From the NCBI GenBank assembly GCA_903938485.1, contig CAJADF010000100.1, positions 4,438-68,437 on the forward strand: DNA of 64,000 nt, in the 5' to 3' direction. Position 1 is the stretch's first letter; the number at the start of each line of letters is the position of its first letter. Shown piece by piece: positions 19,852 through 29,138 of this stretch. The position numbers were made by a program, and so were the translations under genes. The notes beneath the pieces are model-generated. The model was not told where the DNA came from. It searched no databases and saw only the letters and a list, made by a program, of their open reading frames with translations. Source of the DNA: an uncultured Methylococcaceae bacterium. GTDB taxonomy: Bacteria > Pseudomonadota > Gammaproteobacteria > Methylococcales > Methylomonadaceae.

Positions 19852-20034
19852 TTAAACCGCTAATCCCATTGAAGTAGATATACGAGTTATAGCAGCAGAA
19901 ACTGCAGTCCTCAAAGTACCACCGGTAGCAAAAGTAATAATAATAATGCCTGCTAATACAGCTGCAATCATCACCCATTCAACGGTTTCTGCACCTTGCT
20001 CATCAGCAAGGAAATTTACCATTACATTTTTCAT
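19852..20034 (-). CDS. flp: Flp family type IVb/IVc pilin
   Basis: 60 aa. It has a short leader and then the Flp motif EQG/AETVEWVMIAAVLAGIIIITF, with Gly at -1, Glu at +5, and Trp in place of the usual Tyr at +6. Confidence 0.85.
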   Translation of the reverse strand: MKNVMVNFLADEQGAETVEWVMIAAVLAGIIIITFATGGTLRTAVSAAITRISTSMGLAV

Positions 20035-20286
20035 ACTAAATCCTTAAAAAGAATATTAATTTATAAATCATTGAATCTTTGACTCATTGACCTAAAAGAC
20101 ATAAAACGGATTGTTTTTCAGCCTCTCTTTTAAAAATAGACTATATTTTCAAAAAGGACAGAAAATAACGAAAATAATTTTGTTTAAAAATAAATAATTC
20201 CTTTTAAAAATAAAAACATAAGCTAACAACAGTCTTACAACAAGCCTAAGCGGCTGATATTAATCAATTCTTTATTAATTAATTAA

Positions 20287-21219
20287 TTAATTAGCACTTT
20301 CTAGATTTTTTTCTAAGCGAATTAAATTATCATTAGCTTTTTTATAAAACTCCGGTGAAGACTGAATTGCTGCTAGCAAATATTTTTTTGCAACGGGGTA
20401 ATCGCCTTTAAGCATAGCGATATATCCGACATTATTGTTAGCTTCTGCATTATTTGAGACCTTACAAAAGCCAGTATAGGCAACGTCATAATTTTTTAAA
20501 TTAGCGTCTAACAACGCCAGGTTATAAACAGCTCTTTTGTACTCAGGTTCAATAGCCAGTGCTTTTCGATAATAAGCTTCGGCTTCCACATATTTATGCT
20601 CTGAATAATACGCAAAGCCCAAATTATTTAATAACTCTGCGGAATTGGGATTAAGCTTATCTGCCTTATTAAAATATAATTCAGCATTAGCTTGATTCCC
20701 TTGTAAATCCGCAATAATGCCTAAACCATTATACGATCGCCAACTTGGCTGCTTTGAAACTACCTGTGATAAGCTATTTTTAGCCGCCTCGTAACTTCTC
20801 TGTTTAAGTTGTAATAGGCCATATTGTTCAAGGATTTCTATATTAGCTGGCTGTAGTTTTATGATTAATTTTAGAGATAATTCTGCTAAATTATATTTTC
20901 TTATGGCCGTATAAAAATCAGCCATTTTTTTTAACACCAAAACATTAGTGGGGTCTAATTGATAGGCCTCGACATAATACAGTTGAGCTAAATCTAATTT
21001 GTCCTCCTGTATGGCTTTTTCTGCTTTAAACAGTGCTTCTTCAACAGTAGCTACTGATAAGCCTAAACTCTTAACAAACTGCTCCGAATCTTTACTTTCC
21101 TGAGTCAACGTCTGTTTAGATATATTCGTTGTACATGCCGTCAAACTTAAAATACATAAAATTGGGCCAGCAAACATTAATCTATAAAACTTTTTATTTT
21201 TACTCATCATTTTAAACAC
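20287..21219 (-). CDS. tadD: TPR-repeat lipoprotein TadD
   Basis: 310 aa. It has a lipobox (ILSLTAC) followed by multiple TPR repeats, and sits directly after tadC. Confidence 0.75.
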   Translation of the reverse strand: MFKMMSKNKKFYRLMFAGPILCILSLTACTTNISKQTLTQESKDSEQFVKSLGLSVATVEEALFKAEKAIQEDKLDLAQLYYVEAYQLDPTNVLVLKKMADFYTAIRKYNLAELSLKLIIKLQPANIEILEQYGLLQLKQRSYEAAKNSLSQVVSKQPSWRSYNGLGIIADLQGNQANAELYFNKADKLNPNSAELLNNLGFAYYSEHKYVEAEAYYRKALAIEPEYKRAVYNLALLDANLKNYDVAYTGFCKVSNNAEANNNVGYIAMLKGDYPVAKKYLLAAIQSSPEFYKKANDNLIRLEKNLESAN

Positions 21220-21270
21220 CTATACTCAAATTAATAAACAATAATAGTGTTGTCACTTCACTATCGATTT

Positions 21271-22203
21271 TCAGACGGGTTTAACTGCAAGTATTGCTGG
21301 AACCAAGACCACCATCAAAAAAGCCGGCAACAAACAGGTTACTAGCGGAAATAACAACTTAACGCCCAACTTCGCTGCAATTTCTTCAGCGCTTTGCGTA
21401 CGTTTATCACGTAACTCTTCTGCAAACACACGCAATGATTCTGAGACATTAGTACCAAAGCGCATACTTTGGGATAAAGCTGATACCAAGCCCCTAATAC
21501 TATCAACCCCTGTTCTTTCAACTAAACGACGTAATGCACTATGACGTTCTATTCCAGCTCGAGTCTCAGCAATAACTATTTGCATTTCTAGGCTTAACTC
21601 TGGGTGGCTTATAGCCATTTCTTTAGTCACTTTCTGTAAAGCCGAATCTAAACTTAAACCCGCCTCACAACAAATGACCAACATATCTAATACATCAGGA
21701 AATGATCTTTGAATAATTTTCTGTCTTTTTTTTATCAAAAGATCTAACACAAAACTAGGCCCTAAATTTCCAACACACAATGCCACTAAAATACCATCGA
21801 ATATATAAGAACTTTTTATACTGGGTATAAAAATCATGACAATGACCGTCACAATCGGCGATATAATCATTAAAATAGCTTTTATGGCATAATAATTTAA
21901 AACATTATTTTTCAAATGAAATCCTGCATAATTAAGACGGCAAGTTGTTCTTGTGACTAAAGATTTATTAACCGGCACAAAAACACTCTGATGTTTATGT
22001 AATTTTTCTAATAACTCATCTCTACTGCCGCTGCCGTCCTCTGTATTTATTTCCCGGTTATAGCGCAGTCGCACTGGATTAATGACTTCTGTTATAAGCA
22101 TGATAATACCGATCATCACCATAAACATAGCCCCAAATACCAATACTAAAAATATTTGATCATTACTAAACGATTGTTTTATAAATTGCACAATATGCTC
22201 CAT
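21271..22203 (-). CDS. tadC: Tad platform protein TadC (T2SSF domain)
   Basis: 310 aa. It has an N-terminal TM and a cytoplasmic T2SSF domain (FPDVLDMLVICCEAGLSLDSAL), followed by C-terminal TMs. Confidence 0.85.
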   Translation of the reverse strand: MEHIVQFIKQSFSNDQIFLVLVFGAMFMVMIGIIMLITEVINPVRLRYNREINTEDGSGSRDELLEKLHKHQSVFVPVNKSLVTRTTCRLNYAGFHLKNNVLNYYAIKAILMIISPIVTVIVMIFIPSIKSSYIFDGILVALCVGNLGPSFVLDLLIKKRQKIIQRSFPDVLDMLVICCEAGLSLDSALQKVTKEMAISHPELSLEMQIVIAETRAGIERHSALRRLVERTGVDSIRGLVSALSQSMRFGTNVSESLRVFAEELRDKRTQSAEEIAAKLGVKLLFPLVTCLLPAFLMVVLVPAILAVKPV

Positions 22204-22215
22204 TACACTATCTCC

Positions 22216-23190
22216 TTAAGCATCAATATTAATAATCAAACTAATCCAAACCAATGCAACTAATTCAAAACTCGCAAAAACGCCCATATAAAAATATTTA
22301 TCAGACGATTTATACAAAAGCTCGAAATAATCTGGATTAATAAAGTTAATTGCTATAAACAACCCTATAGGTAATAACACTAAAACCCATGCAGACATTA
22401 CGCCCTGAGCAGCAAGCGTTTTAATACGTCGTTGAAGTTTAAAACGCCCACTCAATACACTACTGATTTTTAGCATCACTTCAGCAAGATTACCCCCTGT
22501 TTCTTTTTGAATAATAATAGCGGTACTCATGGCCATTAAACTAACGCTAGGCACACGTTGAATCATTAAAGAAAAGGCGACAGATACATCACGGCCATAA
22601 TTAATTTCTTGATAGGTCATGTCAAATTCTTGGCTAATAGGATTTTGCATTTCACCCGCTACCATTTTCATGCATTCAGCAAATGAATATCCAATACTTA
22701 AAGCTTTAGACATTAAGTGCAAAGCCTCAGGTAACTGCTCTTCAAATTTGTTTAAGCGGTTATTTTTCTTATGTTGTAACCACCAAAATGGCGACACAAC
22801 AGCCATTACAAATCCTAATAGAGCTAATATCCATTGATTACAATAACCATATACAATCCAAGCAACTCCAAATGAAACCAACAACACCATAAACAAGAAC
22901 TGATAAGCCATTAGCTTAACCCCAGCTTGTTCCAACATTAATTTTAGACCGATATCTGCTAAAAACACTTCAAACTGTCTTTCAAAAGGCTGTAAATTAT
23001 TCAAATAATTGACTTTTATGATTGAAAGACCTTCCGTACCGCTAGCCAATAAAACAGCAGCTAAACGTTGCCGTAATCGAACACTATCTTGCCGACGTGT
23101 TCCAAATGTTGGCAATAAAAGCAATTGAGAAACCAATAACACCGTTATAAATACGATAGCTACAAATATAAAAATTGCATTATTATTCAA
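22216..23190 (-). CDS. tadB: Tad platform protein TadB (T2SSF domain)
   Basis: 324 aa with a T2SSF domain (LPEALHLMSKALSIGYSFAECM), immediately after tadA. Confidence 0.85.
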   Translation of the reverse strand: MNNNAIFIFVAIVFITVLLVSQLLLLPTFGTRRQDSVRLRQRLAAVLLASGTEGLSIIKVNYLNNLQPFERQFEVFLADIGLKLMLEQAGVKLMAYQFLFMVLLVSFGVAWIVYGYCNQWILALLGFVMAVVSPFWWLQHKKNNRLNKFEEQLPEALHLMSKALSIGYSFAECMKMVAGEMQNPISQEFDMTYQEINYGRDVSVAFSLMIQRVPSVSLMAMSTAIIIQKETGGNLAEVMLKISSVLSGRFKLQRRIKTLAAQGVMSAWVLVLLPIGLFIAINFINPDYFELLYKSSDKYFYMGVFASFELVALVWISLIINIDA

Positions 23191-23200
23191 GTACTTCTCC

Positions 23201-24601
23201 TCAAGTTAGATTTTGACTAAAGACACTCATATCAACCTTTAAGCCTTTCTGCTTCATGAGACCTATACATTTTGGTACCACACCTGTGGCACAAAATTCT
23301 CCTAAGACGAGGCCGTCATCACTGACACCACTGCGCATATATTTAAATATTTCTGACATAGTGATAACGTCTCCTTCCATACCTTCTATCTCTTGAACAC
23401 TAACAACTCTTCTACTGCCATCTTCAAATCGTGTTAATTGAATAACCAAATGAATCGCCGTAGCAATCTGTTTTCTTATTGCTTTAGCAGGCATATCCAT
23501 ACCAGCCATAAAAATCATATTTTCTAAGCGCGACAAAGCATCTCGAGCATTATTAGCATGTACAGTCGTTAAAGACCCTTCATGCCCAGTATTCATAGCT
23601 TGTAACATATCAAAAGCTTCACCACTTCTAACTTCTCCAATAACAATCCGATCAGGTCGCATCCTTAAGGCATTACGAACTAAGTCTCTTAAAGTAATCT
23701 CACCTTTACCTTCTATATTTGCAGGCCTAGTTTCTAAACGTAAAACGTGAGGTAATTGAAGTTGCAACTCTGCAGAATCCTCTAAAGTAATGATGCGCTC
23801 AGTATTAGGAATATAATTTGAAATAGCATTTAGAGCCGTCGTTTTACCAGAACCTGTACCTCCAGAAATCAAGATATTCATCTTTGCTTTTGCGGCGGCT
23901 TTCAAAAACTCAGCCATATAATCTGTTAATTCATCTTTTTCAACTAAATCATCTAAAGTCATTTCGACAACTGAAAACCTCCTGATTGATAACGAAGGTC
24001 CATCAATAGCTAAAGGAGGAATAATGGCATTAACACGGGAGCCATCAGATAATCGAGCATCGACCATAGGCGATGACTCATCAATTCTACGGCCAACTTT
24101 AGTCACGATACGATCAATAATTTTCATAAGATGATTATTATCATTAAACTTAACCAAGGTTAATTCTAGCCTACCAAATCGTTCGACATAAACTTCATCA
24201 AAGCCATTAACTAAAATATCACTAATAGTTGGATCATGAAGCAAAGCCTCTATGGGCCCTAAGCCTAAAATATCATCTTCAATTTCCGTTATTATTTGCT
24301 GACAAATGCGATTATTTAGAGGTATAGCTTGTTCATCAATTAATCTTTGGGTGGCTTTTCTTATTTGCTGACGTGCATCTTGATCATTTAAACCACTAAT
24401 CATAGATAAATCCAAGGTATCCAATAATTTTGTGTGAATACTCTGTTTAAACTCAATCTCTAATGGGGTAAATATTTTTATAGCTAGCGGAATATAATCT
24501 GGCCCTTTGTTGAATGTTTCGCCTGTTTTTTTTGAGCTATCATCTTGATCTTTCGGATGATCTACCTCTCCTCCACCTTCTAACCTTGTTTTTAATTCCA
24601 T
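23201..24601 (-). CDS. tadA: Tad secretion ATPase TadA/CpaF
   Basis: 466 aa. It is a T2SSE-family hexameric ATPase with Walker A (ISGGTGSGKTT), an Asp box and Walker B (RPDRIVIGEVR), and a His box (GHEGSLTTVHAN). Confidence 0.95.
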   Translation of the reverse strand: MELKTRLEGGGEVDHPKDQDDSSKKTGETFNKGPDYIPLAIKIFTPLEIEFKQSIHTKLLDTLDLSMISGLNDQDARQQIRKATQRLIDEQAIPLNNRICQQIITEIEDDILGLGPIEALLHDPTISDILVNGFDEVYVERFGRLELTLVKFNDNNHLMKIIDRIVTKVGRRIDESSPMVDARLSDGSRVNAIIPPLAIDGPSLSIRRFSVVEMTLDDLVEKDELTDYMAEFLKAAAKAKMNILISGGTGSGKTTALNAISNYIPNTERIITLEDSAELQLQLPHVLRLETRPANIEGKGEITLRDLVRNALRMRPDRIVIGEVRSGEAFDMLQAMNTGHEGSLTTVHANNARDALSRLENMIFMAGMDMPAKAIRKQIATAIHLVIQLTRFEDGSRRVVSVQEIEGMEGDVITMSEIFKYMRSGVSDDGLVLGEFCATGVVPKCIGLMKQKGLKVDMSVFSQNLT

Positions 24602-25107
24602 TGTTTTACACCCTCAATTGGCTTGCATTAGGTAATACTTAAATAAAAACTAACTTTTTTATTAAGCTGCTTTTAAATATAGGAGAAGAATTGCAATAAT
24701 TCAAAAAAATATTTGAATTACTTACAGAGCAAGAATAAAAAAGAGAATTAACTAAAAATAACAATCAAAAAGCATAGAACATAATTTAAACTTGAGATGG
24801 GAAATCAACATTTAAAACTTTGTTTTGGAACTCGTTTAATGCTCCCAACCAAATAATGTTAATAAATATTATTTAAAACAGGATTTACAAAGAATATTTA
24901 ATTACAAATTAAGTTAAAAACTGACAATCACCACCCGTTCACAGACTATATAAATTATCGCAACACATTGTTAAATAAGAACCACTAAGGTTTAAACGAT
25001 ATCATCTAAGAGAAAATAAATTTTGCAATAACGTAATAAGGTAGTTTAATATCAGACATTATTAAATTAAGTATTTTACATACCTTAACTAGCAACAAAC
25101 TAAGAGC

Positions 25108-28080
25108 ATGACATCTCCAGTTAAAGATACATCTTTACTCAATGCAGATTGGACACTACCCAGTTTCATTGAAGATGAAACCACTGAAGTACCCGGCGAT
25201 AATTCGACTAGCTTCACACTTAAAATCGGTACTACATTACAAGGCCAGCTCACAGAAACCGATAATCATGACTGGTATAAAGTTACGCTTGTAAAAGACC
25301 AGACCTATTCCTTTGCAGAAGTGGGCACAGGTAAAAATATTGCAAGTTTATATGACCCTTACCTTAACCTCATTGACGCATCAGGAAAAATTGTAGCTTT
25401 TGATGATGATAATGGCCCAGGGACCAACGCTAGCTTGACTTACAAAGCCACGTATTCAGGGATTTATTATCTCGATGCAACCAGTGCTATTGATGAAAGT
25501 GGAATATATGATACTGGTCAGTATGGTCTAAGTGCCTCTCTAAACGATGTACCAAACAATAAACCCTTATATGATGTCCCTATGGGGGCTGGGGCTATCA
25601 ACGCATTTGATTCATGGCAACCAGTATCAATCAATACTTATAATGTTAGCTACGGATTTAGACAGTCTGCGGCAAGCTATGAAGAACCCGGCAGTAATAT
25701 TGCTAATTTTTCTCAACTCAGCTCTGCTGAAATGACGTCAATTCGCTATATTTTATCTTTATGGTCTGATGTCTGTAACATTAACTTTACCGAAATAAAA
25801 AATACTGATGGATACACTAACAATGCAACCATACTAATTGGCAATTATGCTGATAGTACTGATGGCGTAGGTGCTTTTGCTTATTTTCCTGATAGTTTAT
25901 ATGCCGATAACACTTCAGCAGATAATCAAGCAGGGGACTTATGGTTAAACACAAGTGGCGGGATTTCTACAGATGCAATCCCAATTGGTAGTTTCTCTTT
26001 TTCGACCATTATTCATGAGTTAGGTCACGCTATAGGCCTCTCCCATCCTGGTGATTATAATGCCGGCCCTGGTATTGATTTAACTTATGCTAGTAACGCG
26101 CAATTTGCGCAGGACTCCAATCAATATTCTGTAATGAGCTATTTTGACGCTCATGAAACGGGAGCCTCCGTCTCTGGCAATGATACGAGTGATGTCAGCA
26201 CACCTTTACTGTTTGATATTTATGAAGCTCAACAATTATATGGGACCAACTATAGAATTAGAACTTATGACAATATTTATGGTTTTGGATCCAACTCTGG
26301 AGATGTTTACGATTTTGATATCAATAAGACACCGTTGCTATGCATATGGGATGCGGGGGGTAAAGACACCTTAAATTGTGCAAATTACTATCAAAAAGAA
26401 ACGATTGATCTTATTGATGGTTCTTATTCTAGTATTGGTGGATCAATCAATAACGTTTCAATTGCATTAGGAGCAATCATTGAAAATGCTATCGGTGGCA
26501 CAGGTGAGAATCTTATTATTGGTAACTCAGTTAATAATTATCTAACTGGTGGAACCAATAATGACACTATTGAAGGGGGTGGCGGTAATGACACGATCAA
26601 TAGTGGTGCTGGCGATGACAGTATTACTGGCGGTGCAGGTGATAATTTAATTAATTGCGGAGACGGTTACGATTGTGTCTTTTTCTCATTAAATTATGCT
26701 GATTACACCTTCAATTATTCGTATACCTCCCCACTATCAAAATCAGGTCTTTCTCTTATCGTAAATGGTCCAGATAGCTCTGATACTATTACCAATGCCG
26801 AATTATTAAAGTTTAACGATAATTCATATAGCGTATCCAACATTATTAATCATCAAATACCCACTTTCACTAAATTTATTAGTCCGATTGCAACAATTAA
26901 TGAAGATAGCACCATTGCCATCTCCTTTTCTAAGCTTATAAGCAAAAGCGATGCAAAGGATGTTGATGGTAAAATAAATGGCTTTGTCGTTTCCGCTCTG
27001 AACAATGGATCTTTAAAAATTGGCACTACCTTAGCGAATGCAATGCCATGGGATATTTCCAGCAATAACAATATTATTGATGCCCAACATATTGCATTTT
27101 GGACACCTGACCTTAATGCAAACAATGTAAATTATTCAACCAAAGCATTAAACGCCTTTAGTGTTAGTGCAAAAGATAATAACGCTCTATTATCTGACAC
27201 TCCAATTCAAGCCCAAATTTCTGTTAAGGCCGTTAATGATGCTCCGATTCTTAATACACCGAAAATCATCACCCTCATAGACACTGTTTATGATGACACT
27301 TTTGATAATGCATTTTATAAAGGAATTACAGGGGGAAATTTATTTGCCACAGATGTAGATAGTTCAAAACTAACATACAGCATAAAAAATGGCACGGGAC
27401 ATAACAACACAATTATTAAAACGAGTGCTTATGGCACTTTAACGGTGACTAAAACAACTGGCGAATATACTTTTAAACCTAATGATAAGGCTATTGAATT
27501 ATTAACCAGTAATAAAACCACTGTATTTACCGTTACAGTGTCCGACGGCCTAGCCACTCCCGTCAGTAAACAACTCATAATAGATATTAAGCAAGAAGTT
27601 TTAAACGGGTCTAATGGAACTGAGTCAAAAGTTAATGATAGCTTAGTAGGTTCTGATAACAATGAACAATTTGATAGTTTAGCAGGCAACGATATTATTA
27701 ATAGTATGGGAGGAAACGATACGTTGATCGGTGGATTAGGTTCCGATTCATTAACTGGTGGATTGGGTAGTGATCTATTCAAATACAAGTCAACAGCAGA
27801 AAGTCCAAAAGGCCATGGCTTCAGAGATGTTATTACCGACTTTACACCCAGTGAAGGCGACAAAATAGACTTATCGAGTATTGATGCGAATACCAAGTCC
27901 AATGGGAAACAAGCATTTGCCTCACAAATACTTACTGCGTTCGATGGCCATGCAGGAGAAATAATCTATAGCTCTAGTGGCATTTTATCGGGTGATACCA
28001 ATGGAGATAGTAAACCCGACTTTGAGATTGAATTAATCGGCAGTCCATTGATAACATCAGACTGCCTAATTTTAATGTAA
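25108..28080 (+). CDS. large RTX-family secreted protein: N-terminal PPC-like domain, M10B serralysin-type zinc metalloprotease, RTX repeats, cadherin/VCBS-like domains, serralysin-type C-terminal domain
   Basis: 990 aa with no Sec signal.
- Zinc site HELGHAIGLSH at nt 26014-26046, followed by PGDYN; Met-turn SVMSY.
- First RTX block: GGTGENLIIG..GGTNNDTIEGGGGNDTINSGAGDDSITGGAGDNLI.
- VNDAPIL and a VCBS-like YGTLTVTKTTGEYTFKPND segment.
- Second RTX block: GGNDTLIGGLGSDSLTGGLGSDLF.
- C-terminal DVITDF..GDKIDLSSID...GDSKPDFEIELIG, typical of type I secretion substrates. Confidence 0.9.
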   Translation: MTSPVKDTSLLNADWTLPSFIEDETTEVPGDNSTSFTLKIGTTLQGQLTETDNHDWYKVTLVKDQTYSFAEVGTGKNIASLYDPYLNLIDASGKIVAFDDDNGPGTNASLTYKATYSGIYYLDATSAIDESGIYDTGQYGLSASLNDVPNNKPLYDVPMGAGAINAFDSWQPVSINTYNVSYGFRQSAASYEEPGSNIANFSQLSSAEMTSIRYILSLWSDVCNINFTEIKNTDGYTNNATILIGNYADSTDGVGAFAYFPDSLYADNTSADNQAGDLWLNTSGGISTDAIPIGSFSFSTIIHELGHAIGLSHPGDYNAGPGIDLTYASNAQFAQDSNQYSVMSYFDAHETGASVSGNDTSDVSTPLLFDIYEAQQLYGTNYRIRTYDNIYGFGSNSGDVYDFDINKTPLLCIWDAGGKDTLNCANYYQKETIDLIDGSYSSIGGSINNVSIALGAIIENAIGGTGENLIIGNSVNNYLTGGTNNDTIEGGGGNDTINSGAGDDSITGGAGDNLINCGDGYDCVFFSLNYADYTFNYSYTSPLSKSGLSLIVNGPDSSDTITNAELLKFNDNSYSVSNIINHQIPTFTKFISPIATINEDSTIAISFSKLISKSDAKDVDGKINGFVVSALNNGSLKIGTTLANAMPWDISSNNNIIDAQHIAFWTPDLNANNVNYSTKALNAFSVSAKDNNALLSDTPIQAQISVKAVNDAPILNTPKIITLIDTVYDDTFDNAFYKGITGGNLFATDVDSSKLTYSIKNGTGHNNTIIKTSAYGTLTVTKTTGEYTFKPNDKAIELLTSNKTTVFTVTVSDGLATPVSKQLIIDIKQEVLNGSNGTESKVNDSLVGSDNNEQFDSLAGNDIINSMGGNDTLIGGLGSDSLTGGLGSDLFKYKSTAESPKGHGFRDVITDFTPSEGDKIDLSSIDANTKSNGKQAFASQILTAFDGHAGEIIYSSSGILSGDTNGDSKPDFEIELIGSPLITSDCLILM

Positions 28081-28124
28081 ATAAATATAAGCAATCTGAT
28101 CTCGCTTAAATCAAAAATGACTGA

Positions 28125-29138
28125 TTATCTCAATACGCCTTTAGGCGAACTGTAATTATCCAAGACTTGCACATAGTTAGCGCGCTCATAAGCACTGGGA
28201 TCTATGGCATTTTTTTGACTGACGCTGCCTTTTAATTGTTGAATAGATTCATACTCATGCGCGACTAACCAGTCTTGCACTTCTGCCAAAATTTGGCTGA
28301 CTCTCCCTACACCGTGTTGCAATAATACACTACACAAATGCACCACATCCGCACCGGCTAGTAGCGCTTTTATAACCTCTGGCGCGTTATGAAACCCACC
28401 GGTTACTGCCAACGACATTTCGGTGCGCCCATATAATAAAGCCGTCCAACGAATACGCAATAAGGCTTCTTGTGGGGTAGACAGTTCTAAAGTGGGTAAA
28501 ACCTCTAAGGTTTCTAAATCAATATCTGGCTGATAAAAGCGATTAAATAACACGACACCTTCTGCCCCGGCGGCTTCTAAGCGCTTAGCAAAATGGATAG
28601 GCGAACTAAACTGTGAGGATAACTTCATGGTAATGGGTAAACTCACCACCGATTTTAATTCTTGTAGAATTTCTAAATATCTATTTTCGACATCCACACT
28701 ACTTTCTTCGGCATTAGCCGCTAAATAATAACAGTTAAGCTCTAAGGCATTGGCACCGGCTTCTTGTAATTGCTGGCCATAATCCACCCAACCACCAATA
28801 GATGAGCCATTTAAACTGGCAATAACTGGGATAGATAAAGCCGCTTTGAGCTTATGGATTTGTTCTAAATATTGCTCTTGATACGATTTAAGTGCATAAG
28901 ACACCGGATGAAAAGAGTCCGCCTCGCCATGACCTATGCCTTGCTGATAATAAAAGCGTTGTAACTGCTGTTCTTCTGCGACAATTTTCTCTTCAAATAA
29001 AGAGTACATCACTAAAGCAGCCGCACCAGCATCTTCTAATTGTTTTGCGGTACTGATGTCTTTACTTAAAGGTGAAGCCGAAGGCACTAAAGGATTAGCG
29101 AGTTTTAAACCTAAATACTGGGTTGATAAATCAATCAT
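28125..29138 (-). CDS. dihydroorotate dehydrogenase-like flavoprotein (PFOR-associated)
   Basis: About 337 aa counted from the internal start MIDLSTQYLGLKLANPLV. It is a TIM-barrel DHOD family member (ELNCYY, VVLFNRFYQPDIDL, VTGGFH). This start overlaps the PFOR stop by 8 nt; the ORF-track start at 29156 would overlap by 26 nt. Confidence 0.85.
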   Translation of the reverse strand: MIDLSTQYLGLKLANPLVPSASPLSKDISTAKQLEDAGAAALVMYSLFEEKIVAEEQQLQRFYYQQGIGHGEADSFHPVSYALKSYQEQYLEQIHKLKAALSIPVIASLNGSSIGGWVDYGQQLQEAGANALELNCYYLAANAEESSVDVENRYLEILQELKSVVSLPITMKLSSQFSSPIHFAKRLEAAGAEGVVLFNRFYQPDIDLETLEVLPTLELSTPQEALLRIRWTALLYGRTEMSLAVTGGFHNAPEVIKALLAGADVVHLCSVLLQHGVGRVSQILAEVQDWLVAHEYESIQQLKGSVSQKNAIDPSAYERANYVQVLDNYSSPKGVLR

